In this document: piece by piece, positions 32,427 through 43,300 of the stretch | Position numbering within the stretch: the first letter of the stretch is position 1 | How the letters are laid out: each line of letters starts with the position of its first letter | Source: Sphaeroforma arctica JP610 | Taxonomy: Eukaryota | Direction: 5' to 3' | Assembly (NCBI RefSeq): GCF_001186125.1 | Contig: NW_014039982.1 | Location: 6,790-58,670 of the forward strand | DNA length: 51,881 nt | Notes under the pieces: generated by a model | Told to the model about the DNA's origin: nothing | The model's database searches: none | Seen by the model: only the letters and a program-made list of their open reading frames with translations | Made by a program: the position numbers and the translations under genes

Positions 32427-32773
32427 TGTTTTCTTGAGTGTGTTGGTGCCTCCGTCTTCCCTTGTCAACGTGAGTGCGTGTATGTGTCTGTGGCTTTGTG
32501 TGTAGGGTTTAATGTACATATGTACATATAAATAAATTTAACATGCATGCAGGAAGATACCTGCATCCTTATTGATATATGTTTGTTGTGTTTGATCATT
32601 GTATATACATACTTCTCGTTAAGCTCCTCAATGTACCAGGGAGCAATATCTTCGTCAATTAGGGTATTCAACACAGAGTCCTCGTATGCCACATCCTTTG
32701 CTTCCAACACCTGTCGTACCACCATCGACTCCACGCCAGGTGGGAAATGAAACAGAAGAACTGTACCGGCCAT
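29177..32773 (-). CDS. GDAP1-like glutathione S-transferase-fold protein with C-terminal tail anchor
   Basis: Exons ~32773-32612, 31771-31626, 31351-31266, 31053-30933, 30418-30239, 29736-29616, 29275-29177. GST-N: APWYIEELNENADVPTLVHG. GST-C: GGTFTLADTA and RRNIARYYRR. The last exon PTQTALVGVAAVLGIGYLLRG is a hydrophobic tail. Confidence 0.8.
29445..29662. repeat. Two ~113-bp copies of a GDAP1-like exon 3' end plus donor
   Basis: ATGCAGCATTC(A/G)CTTTCCAGTTGATACCAGGGAAGGCAGAA occurs at ~29509 and ~29622. Confidence 0.9.
29925..30242. repeat. Intronic compound minisatellite including copies of the splice donor
   Basis: Repeats of GTATACATGCTTGGT..TACATTGTTTT.TCTGTACTATGTGC, with donor-containing CTATGTGC.TCG.CATACCT at ~29961, ~30069 and 30221. 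Confidence 0.9.
30545..30810. repeat. Intronic ~52-bp tandem repeat
   Basis: About 4-5 copies of TAGGTATATCCACGTGCTATAATT.ACAATGGAGGACTTAAGTACCCAT. Confidence 0.9.
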
Positions 32774-33126
32774 ACTGACCTATTATTATTCTCGGAACGT
32801 TCGTTTAAGTCGTGTTCGATGGATACACTTACGGGAATGTAAGCAATGTCTCGCCCCTTTGTAGTCCAGCAGACTTCAACATCTCACCCTTGGACCACAC
32901 CAAGACGAAACTTCGAAGTCCCCCCAAAAAAATCAAATACAAATCGGTCACGCATTTTTTTCGAATTCATTTTATTGTAAAACATAGAAATCGACATATA
33001 GCCTCCACTCCAGGAGTCCAGTGCCCCGCTAAAATAGAAACAAATATTTATAAACTGAGAAAGCATAGCCAGATGAAATCAAACCTGATAAGCGCGTGCA
33101 TAATATAGTACATACATACCTGCACT

Positions 33127-34359
33127 ATGCACACAAGCAGGAACCTTCTGCATGCACAGAAGGCATGTACGCGTTACAGAAGTGTTTCAGAGGTTGGGTT
33201 GCCGGAAGCTGTGCTCAGGCATTCGCAGCGCAACTATGCCACACACAATCGCAATGTGCAAATTCAGAACAGAGAACACCCCGCCTTACAACAGTCTGCA
33301 AATATCTCTCACACAATGAATGGGAAAGCAAAGCAGTTGCTCTGTCCTAAGGTCCGTTCAGTTAGTTTTATACAGTATAGGGGTAACCAAACACAGGCTT
33401 CCGTGACAACCACACCTGTATTCGATAACAGTGCACTGAAGTATGAACATATGCACACGCTCCCCTTCTCATCTGCTATGGGTGCTGAGGTCACAGGCGT
33501 GGACCTGAGCATGTTCAGTGATTCCGATATAGATTCATCTTGCACTTGGAGTGACTCTCATAAGCATGATGTATTTCAAGAGATACGTCAAGCGCTCTTC
33601 CGGCACAAGATGCTCTTCTTCAGGAACCAAGTTAATCTCACACACGTACACCACCAACACTTTGCTTCATTGTTTGGGCCTTTCGCGAAGGATGCCTATC
33701 CATCGACTATACACGGATGTGAGCATGTCAAACCCGTTATTAAAGAAGCACACACACATGTACGCATGGTGTTTGGCTCGGGCTGGCACACAGACTCGCC
33801 CTTTCTGGCTGGACCACCGCATATCACCACCTTAAGGAGTGTATGTGTACCACCCTATGGAGGGGATACTATATTCGCCAACACTTCTTTGGCGTACAGC
33901 ACGCTTTCAGAGACTATGCAGTGTGTAATAGAGCCACTGATGGTGCGCATGTCATTGAAGGATGTACTGGCACAAGCTCAGGTGGATGCCGGCGACGATG
34001 AGACCACCCCTCTAGGCCGACTGGCAGCTACGAAGTACAAGGGTGTGTCTGCGGATGTGCTGCAAGGGGTGAGGGGGACATTACACAGGCTGGTGGGTGT
34101 GCACCCGGTGACATGGGAGAAGGCATTGTTTGTGGATGGTACGTATACAGCGGGGATAGACGGTATGAGCGACTTGGAGTCCCGGGCCATAGTAGTGTTC
34201 CTGCTGCAACACATCACACAGCCAGCGTACACGTGCAGGTTAAGATGGGAGAAGGATATGCTGGTGATCTGGGACAACCGGCTGTGTATTCACCAGGCCA
34301 TGAACGATTACGATGGGCATCGGCGAGAGCTGTACAGAACCACCAACCGCTGCGTGTGA
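33127..34359 (+). CDS. TauD/TfdA-family Fe(II)/2-oxoglutarate dioxygenase (RdpA-like), intronless, with N-terminal extension
   Basis: 410-aa uninterrupted ORF. Motifs GAEVTGVDLS, HKMLFFRNQ, GWHTDSPF (HxD), PPYGGDTIFA, WDNRLCIH (distal His) and RELYRTT (2OG-binding Arg). Confidence 0.93.
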   Translation: MHTSRNLLHAQKACTRYRSVSEVGLPEAVLRHSQRNYATHNRNVQIQNREHPALQQSANISHTMNGKAKQLLCPKVRSVSFIQYRGNQTQASVTTTPVFDNSALKYEHMHTLPFSSAMGAEVTGVDLSMFSDSDIDSSCTWSDSHKHDVFQEIRQALFRHKMLFFRNQVNLTHVHHQHFASLFGPFAKDAYPSTIHGCEHVKPVIKEAHTHVRMVFGSGWHTDSPFLAGPPHITTLRSVCVPPYGGDTIFANTSLAYSTLSETMQCVIEPLMVRMSLKDVLAQAQVDAGDDETTPLGRLAATKYKGVSADVLQGVRGTLHRLVGVHPVTWEKALFVDGTYTAGIDGMSDLESRAIVVFLLQHITQPAYTCRLRWEKDMLVIWDNRLCIHQAMNDYDGHRRELYRTTNRCV

Positions 34360-34499
34360 GAGAGATACTACAACAGAGTCTATCACGATTATCAAGTGAG
34401 TTATAGTTTACAACAATTAATCGCACGTACAAATGGCTTCGCGTCACTGTGACGGGACGGCGTATCTGCCCCCATGTATATGTATCGGAGGCTATTTTT

Positions 34500-36650
34500 A
34501 ACTCTCTCTAGTTGGATTTTTATACACATTACAACTAGTGCTGAAAGATACATCACTCCAGGAGTAGACACCTATACTTATGTCTCGCCAAAGGACAGAA
34601 ACTTACCCCTCTATACGACATACTTATGTCAACTGTCACTTAATACTTATTCAAACTTTACTCTCTAAACCTAACCAATAACAAGAGTTATATACCCCAC
34701 ATAAGCACACTTCTACCGGCGCAATAGAAAGAGATTAAGACAAAGACCAACACTCATTTATAAACCTAAAGGCGAAACATATTGCCACTAACACTAAAGC
34801 ATACTCAACCCCGCTGACTCGTCACCACCTATCCAACATTTACCAATAGGAGGAAGATGACATATAGCTAAGTTACACACTAACGCTGAAGACGCTTTTG
34901 TTTGAAGACATATTCCTATCCCCTGTGGGTACTACAATAAAGTTATGTTGGGTGCATACGTAAGCTACAGTTGGTTATCTATCCTACCCTAGCACCAGTG
35001 ATTGGTTCAGTTCCATTAGGCCAATAGAATCGAGTACCTTACCCATCGGCATATGAGTATTGGCTATACAACATAGTTGTAGGGTTGAGTAAACATAAGG
35101 TTCTATAGTTTCTCCACAAGTGGGTAGCCCACAGAGATCAGGAGAAAAGTCTATATTTTTCAATGTATGTGTATTATATGCATGTGTATATCTATCTAGG
35201 TATATGTGTAGACATGTGTGACCCCTCTTGCTAAAAGATAGATGATCCCCGCGGAGCCGGGATATCACTTCGGAATAATAGTGTATAGGGTAAGATAATA
35301 TATCACTCTATGGGTGTACATACCTACCTACAAAGATATCTCAGGTGACCCTGTCTCTCTTAGGGTATGGGTGTAGGTGTGAGTGTGGTGTGCATTGGGT
35401 ACCCTTTTGTTCTCGTGGTACTGGGACATATGATGAGTAGTGAGATGGAGGGATAGTGTATAAGGGCTACCTATGAGTGTAAGGTGATAAATATAGTTGA
35501 GAGGGAGCTATGTGGCTGTGTATAATAAATTAAGTAGTGATAGATAGATGTTTGTAACTACTGTGGTAGATGGGGAGTAAGTAACAGGCGGTCAATGGTA
35601 TAGTTTTTGTGATGATATTGAATTGAGCTAAAAATACAACACAAGGGGACATCTTATCCCGGGTTAAATTTATATAATTCTCACCTGTGATGTCATTCTT
35701 AATCTTATTACATTGCATTAATAACCATGGCTAGATATTACCCCAATTCAGTATAGTCTATATCCCCTCTGTTTTAGTTCCCTATTCAACTAGTATATCT
35801 GTGTTACACTCATAGCTCTATACATCTATGTCTCCCTCTCTAAACCTATACTCCATATACTTACTACACTTAGTCACACTCTATCACCCATATATCTACT
35901 AGTAGACAGTCATATATAGGATCTATAGCTATAGGCGTGAGGGAGTATAATGTGGCTAGTGTATCAGTCACATCTACTCTATTGCAGATAGTGATAAAGG
36001 GATCCGAGAGCAAAAGGTGCCCTGAGTGTCGTCAGAGAGGTGCCACTAGGAGATTATAGGTTCGATGGAATCCCTCGTGGGATGCCTTTCCCTCCTTTGC
36101 AAACATCGACATAGCTCCTTCTCAACCTCAATTATCACAGGATAGCTCATTCTTTCATCCCAAATGATAGCCTCCGAATCTTCTAGATGAGGCAAATTTG
36201 TTTTATGATGTGGAAGGGATGCATTGCACGATAGCTTTTCAATTGCAGTACTTTTGTGTTGTGTTGCCCAGTTTTTAACTGATCCTGTTATACAGGGATA
36301 CTTTACCAGGGGTCGGGTTAAGTGCGGTCACCCTACTTCTTTACTGCAAAGCTGACTGTGTGTTGGGACAAGGGGGTATGTCTTACATAGACTTACTTCA
36401 CAAGCCTTGAGGACATTCTAATAAATCTGATGCCCTCCAGGTGCAGTTATTGTAAAACCCTACAAACACTTTGTAAAGGACACTGTCACCTTAGTGAACC
36501 ATTCCAATACTAAGCTTGTCTGTTGAAGGTGGGGGCAAACTCCATATCAGGCCTTCTTCTAGCCTCACACTATCTGATTACGGATTTTGGTTAAAAATTG
36601 ATACTAGGCTACATTTTGGTCATATCAGTATAGATCAACCCTACTGATCC
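34500..36650 (-). mobile_element. Highly decayed, CpG-depleted repeat, probable non-LTR retrotransposon relic
   Basis: Minus frame 35268-34984 has ISRLRGDHL...LCGLPTCGETIE, resembling the LINE ORF2 C-terminal RLRxGH/CCHC region. There is no splice structure, and it is TG/CA/TA-rich with few CG. Confidence 0.5.
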
Positions 36651-36757
36651 AATCTAGTCTGTTTGTGCACGATTGTTCGATTTGGCTTATCATGATATAC
36701 AAGACAAACCTTCAGTGCGTCACATTTTGCATGTTAATCAGATCGAATTGCTCGGAT

Positions 36758-39596
36758 TTATTCCGTTTTTTTTGCCTTTTCCGGTCTGTATTTGCCCAAA
36801 ATTGCAATACTCCGTTTTCGGTTCTTTGCGTATTTGTCCTTGTTGGAGTCGAAAACCTTTAATGTGAACGAAGAAAGAAGTCATTCGAACATGATAACCC
36901 AGCACGGAGAAAAACTACGCGCTCAAAGATGAATATGACCGCTGGTTGATATACAACACACTAATCCGATTAACTGATATGCGACACCAAAAACCCGACT
37001 CTCTGGAATACAAACATGTCAAATACTATATTGAGATCCAACGCGAGACCTTCAACTCAATCTTCGTGAGAAAACGGGCGTACCTCTTTTAGGCCGGCTA
37101 CGTACTTCTGATGGTACTCGTCAATCTGCTCCTTTGTGGGGTATTGGAGCTACAGCAGACCCGAAGGTAGGCACAAAAATGCAGAGATGACACGTGTTAA
37201 TACCGTACCACACGAGGCCACAGCAGTGTATACAATCTAAAGAGCTCTCGTCATGAGACGAAAGTAGCAATATGTAAGAAACGAAGTAAATGAACGAATA
37301 TACGACATACCATGGGGACGTCGATCGGGTTGCCGGTTACGACCGTCACAAGGCCGTGGAAAGGTGTCATCAGCTTTGTGTTTGTGAGAGCGACCGGCGC
37401 GAACCCAATAGCATCTTGAATCTACGTACATACGCAACACGCGAGGAGAAAATAACCATATTTGTTGAGAGTGCCCCCCCCCCCCCCGGGTTGCTTCGAG
37501 CATAGAAGCAACTATGTGCCGCATATGATAAATGCAACATCTATGTTTCTTAAACTCAGCGGCTGCATTGATAGAGTGGAAAACTATCTACCGCGATGAT
37601 TTCTTATCACTCCATATCTCTAATGTAGATAGCACGATCACGCAACTTGTTGCTAAAATTATCGGCTCAAATATGAATACGTCAGAATTGAGCGACCTTT
37701 ACAGCCCGGTAAGCAATAGCAACAAGTGTCTGGTCCTGAAACGCACGCTCTCGTGAACGTGTCTGACCAGGCCCTACTACTGATCCGAAAAAAAAAAGCC
37801 ATACACAGTTGTGCGTACCTTAGATTGTTGGTCACGGAAAGCGGAACCGCGCTCATTGACCTTCTGAGTGAAGAGATCGGTCTCTCCAAAGCCGAATGTG
37901 GGCACCAGAGTAGCACCATTCTTCATGGCAACCCGGATAAAACTGCAGGATGATAAACGGGTTGAAAGTCCGGTGGTTAGTTGCGCAATTAAGTGTAAAC
38001 TACAACCATCAACCAGGATGCCAACAATTGAAAAGAAACGCAAAGGGGGTGTTGGACGGTCTCGCATTGATAGTGATTGATGGACAGTGTACTATCACGA
38101 CATACTTTTTTTTGTACATTTCTCTGTACAGTTAAGTGTACAGTCTAGTGTACGTCAATGTTCTTGCATACACAATCACGTTCTCCAAACAAACCAAGCA
38201 TTGCGAGCCATAGCGAAGACTACAAGATACATACCAGATAGTGTCTCCACGTTCCCAACAATACTTACCCCTTGCGATCGGCCAAGGTCAGGTCAAAGGT
38301 GCCCGGATGTGCATCAAGCGACTCGGCAGCGCCACCCAGAGGAATGCAGCAACTCTGTCCAGGTCCTGCAAATCAAAAGACAGTCAGTGCACAAAATAAA
38401 AATAGATCCGGGCCACCATGTGACGCTTAACGCTGTGTGTATTTCCTGGAGTGCCGAAGTACATACGGTATTTTATACACAGGATGCTCACTCTACTGCA
38501 CAGTCCAACTTACCATGCTGGAGAATGTAATTGAAAGATTCCTTATCTGCATCAGCCAGTCCAAGGGATAGGATAAACTCTCGGAAGAAAGGGATCTGCA
38601 AATGTATTATCAGACATGATACTTGAGATATCTAGTATATATTTGGAGGATAAGTGTAATTTAGTACGAAAAAGTCTTCCATCTAAACATTGTTATCCGG
38701 ATGGTACGAGATTCAGGAGCATATCGTCACACTCAACGGACCCGTTACACTAGTTTTGCCAAATTCATTCCATTAACACTCAGAAACTACGTCTGACAAA
38801 TACAAATCAACTGTATTAAGAGTTCAATAAGAAGGATCAAATCTGCTATCAGAATAAGTAGGACCTGTATCACAGCGAAAGAACAAGTATACACTGTAGT
38901 ATAGAAACATATAACAATTTCGCCATGCAAAAGCAAGTAAGTGCATTTTGTGTACCTGAACCAGGAGTGAGTATCACGTAGCAGTGACAACCGCACCTAT
39001 ATCTATATTCCACAGTCGGAAGACATGAATAAAATATTCTTGGATATAAAAGTCAGAGGACTGTGACATACATAGTAGAGACAGCGCGTGTTGTGTACCT
39101 TGGGCCAAGGAGTGGGTGCACAACGAACAGTGGACAACGATTGACACATTCGTCACAAAAACGGAAGTATACGCTTATATACCTTGAACCATGGAGTGAG
39201 TGTCATGAGATGGACATCCAACCCAGGGAAGACATCCTTGAAGCCTGCTCCATTAGTTCCGAATGCACCAAAGGCCCCCATACATATAATACCGTGAGGG
39301 TGATATCCGAAGATGTAGTTCTTAGTAGGGTCTAAGTCGCACATCTTCTCGAGTCGCACTGGAAAGTACGAGCACCATATCTCCCAAATGGGTAGGCAAC
39401 GGAACCACATTAAAGTGCGAGACCCTCGCAAATGAGCCTTCTCGAATACGATTACGATGAAGTATAGCACCATCCAGTCCCAGTAGAAGTATGTCATGAG
39501 CACGGTCACTAATAAGGAGATGATTGGTAGGACAGTGTACCCTACCACCATGGCCTTGGCGAAGGGGCCCTCATTAGGACTGATGGATTCATTCAT
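36758..39596 (-). CDS. DGAT2: Diacylglycerol/monoacylglycerol O-acyltransferase 2 family
   Basis: N-terminal TM, YFP, NYIFGYHPHG, IPFFREFILSLG, LGGAAESL, RKGFIRVAMKNGATLVPTFGFGE, PTKEQIDEYHQKY. The last exon 36856-36758 reads VFDSNKDKY..KAKKTE*. Confidence 0.92.
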
Positions 39597-40348
39597 TTTC
39601 AAACAACGCGCGCAACGCACGCACGCACACACTTACAATTGAAGTTGGCAGTTTAGTCGCTTATCAGCTGCGTGTACGGAATATCTTTCGGCCTTGTTTT
39701 ATTATATTTAGAGCAGCAGGCGCCAGCAGCTGAAAAGCAAAACACCGTTTTTGGTATAAATCTAAAATCTCTCTGATTGAATATTATCATATGATCATTT
39801 TTATATTTTACTCTAAAAGTGAGAGAAGAGTATTTTTTTGTGTGTATGTACAAGTGTACATACATAGTAGACTCTCTACTAGTAGTAGAGCGGGTTGCGG
39901 GGCTTAGTCACCTTTTTTTTAAATTTGTTTTTGTATAAGAAAACAATAACGGTCAAATTTTTGGGAGGCTACATCACGGCCATCTTGGAGTCCGTCAGCC
40001 GTATTTTTTTCTTTTTCAATAGGGTCATGGACTCATGTTTTAGTCTTGAAATTTTTAGAATTTGCCCCCCATACATAGAGGGAGTCCGTTTTTGGAAAAA
40101 TTACATCTTTTTATGTTCTTTTCCACGCTTCACTGTGGCACAGTCCACACTCCAAATTGGGGGGGGGGGGGGGTTTAAACGTTAACAATATGTATATTTA
40201 TAGCGTTTACGTTAGACTTTTAGGCACACTTCACACGGTTTCTTGGGTTTTGTATTATTAAGTCTCTTTATTAGGACTCTTGGGTTTACGCTTTGTATAC
40301 TTAATTGGTACGCAACGAGCAAAACTCTCTGATTCACTACTCGCAACC

Positions 40349-43300
40349 ATGTCGTTTATAAGCAAGTATCGGTGGAGTGTCGACGATTCGGCCGTGTTAC
40401 GCGTGGGTGTGCCAGCTACACGATCTAATACAATCGCACGTGTAGTTACCAGTCCTGCGGTGAACACTGGAGATGCGGGCCGCACCTGGTCGTCGTTCAA
40501 CTCACAAAGTATGTTCGAGCATGACTGCCAACGTTTAACTATTTGTATATGTGGTTGAGTATTATATACATACGAACGCGTGTCGATGTCTGTGCGTAAT
40601 ATCAGTGGGTAACTCTAGAAATAAACGGTACATGTAGTAGATATAACCAATATAGGATCGCGCACACATACAAAGTCTGATGTATTGTTCCGTTGTATGT
40701 GCCTATCATCGTTCGACTTTAACTTGGCAAATAAGAACATAATTTCAAGCGGTTGTGTACAGATTCATGTACATCGTTCATGGGCGTGACCAGTTGAACC
40801 GTAAATTCGAAAAACTATACATAGATATATGCGACGTCAGTATCGGCTCCATCTGCTAGTACTGGCATGATATAGCGAACGATGTATTCATTTCTGTATA
40901 TGTAAGTTTGCGCTCAGATAACCGCATCTGTTAATGTGGGAATAATAGGGATGATTTTCTTTGTAAGGATTTGGCAGGAACTAAAACTTGTTTGACGAGA
41001 TACAATAGCTGAAGTGACGGAATAGTACTGACTGTTTATCCTGTTTCTCCTGTCGGAATCCCCGCGATTGTTCGGTTACATATTCATATACTTTTGAGAA
41101 GTGTAATAGTATGCCTGCAAATTATAGACGTCTTATACTGCTGATAGCCTGTAGTTGAATAAATAGATGTAATCAGAAACAATCTCGAGAACAGCTACAT
41201 TGTGCACCCTACATTTTCCTTTAGGGCCACTATCCGTGCACCCTACATTTGGCTTTAGGGCTACTATTTAAAATCACCACTGTCCTTATTGAAAAGCTTG
41301 AAACATATCGATTTTTGCTATTGATCCTCTCAGCATCTTATATAGGTGCAAGTTTTCCATTCACTGCCCCACACACCTGCGCATGTGTCAATACTTTTGC
41401 ATCAATTTCTGTACCCAGATGCATCCCTCCTATCCTGTCTATGAACTCAAGAATGCGCTCGATGTGTTTAAACTGAAATTTGCAAACACGATACACTATC
41501 AACGACAGCGAACTCCCCTACCATACTCCCTGGGCGCAAGGCATTTGCTGCGAGCTTTATAGATTCGGACGAAGACATCTTTTCGGCTATTGCAGCCGGA
41601 GACTTAAATGCGGTACACATTTCCATGCAAAGCGGGACCGACCCGAACGTTATCGATGCTGTAAGTCTACTGCTCGAAATGATTATGTAATCTGAAGATT
41701 TAGGAATAGCCAATATGTGTATGACTCACAGGTTGAGATTGTGAAATGCAGGCGATGGTGTACGGGATAGTCGTACGTGTGGCACAAACGATTGCTCTGT
41801 AGTGCTGATTGCTTGTTGAATCATATTTGGTTCAAAATCTCGTGAATGCATTTAATAAGCTGGATAAGCAGTTGTATAATTTGCGCGTCGATGTGTGTTA
41901 TATCTCATATCAGTTATATGTGTATAACCTTTTGCTTGGCGGAATGTCGTTCACGATATAAAAATCATCGTAGCACTTCACGGAAGCGCACATTCACTAT
42001 GCTCCGCCAGACACCTCAGTCGCTACTGATTGTCGTCGTAAAAAACAACACGAAGTCGGTCTTAGCTCTTGCTACGCAATGTATCTTTTCCCCCATCCAA
42101 CAGTTCCAAGAACCCGCTCTACACTATGTGATCAGGCGGCAGAACCGGAGGATATTCAGTTTATTCATCACCTTAGGGGTTAACGTGAATGCTAGTGATC
42201 TGGTATGTCATTCATTTATAGTGCGGGGATTAAGTTTAGTCGCTATTACTGTAGGATTCTATGGCGATGTATGTCGTTGTATCCTAACCTCCCTCTCGTT
42301 GACACCTGTTTGCGTTCATTTTCAGCAAATTGCACGTCTAAATATATCCCTGCTGATCGAACGAGCTTCATATATATCAGCCTAAACCCTGCGATCATCA
42401 TTCATGGTAAATACTGTTCTAAGCTAGCACCTGAACTTACTATGCTGTATCACATAAACTTTGTCTATGCTGTATCACATAAAACTTCCTCTGTGTTGTA
42501 TCATATAAAATTTTGTCTATGCTGTATCATAGAAACTTTGTTTATGCTGTATCACATAATCTTTGTCTATGCTGTATCACATAAACTTTCTCTATGCTGT
42601 ATCACATATCCTTTGTCTATGCTGTATCACATAAATTTTCTCTATCGGCTGGTAACATCAGTTCGGGCGTACGGCGCTTCATGTGGCAGTGGGAGGGGAA
42701 GACTCGCTATTTGTCGACTACCTGTTGCGCGCTGGAGCGAACCCAGCAAAACAAGATCAGGTTGGTGTGGTGAGTGTCTTATCTGAAATGTCTGCTCGTT
42801 TGTCTACGGCGGTTTAAGATCAGGTTGGTGTGGTGAGTGTCTTATCTGAAAAGTCTGCTCGTTTCTCTACGGTGGTTTGTTTGTACTGGGCCCCACCTGA
42901 ATTGGTGACATGAGGTCGTGCTACGTTGGCGTGTCAGCTTGCATATGCGAGATTGTAGCAATCGAATATGGCAGTTTAACACTGATTATACCGAACACAC
43001 TCTGTATTGCACAAATATGCAGAACAATTCGAAGGTACGAAATCGCACACAATCTATTCGCTGCCTACGAGAACGTGCACTGCAACATAGTGACGTCTTA
43101 CTGTACTACGGGAACACATAGCGTAACGTATATGTCAAATGAATAGTGGATAATCCAGCTCATACACCTCTGCTATACTGCATCTAGTTCGGCAACACCC
43201 CTTTACATCTAGCTGTCAGATCAGAGGCAGTCGAGGCAATGGCACTGTTGATGGATGCGGACTCGTCAATCATTGATATGACAAACTTGGTATGCTTATG

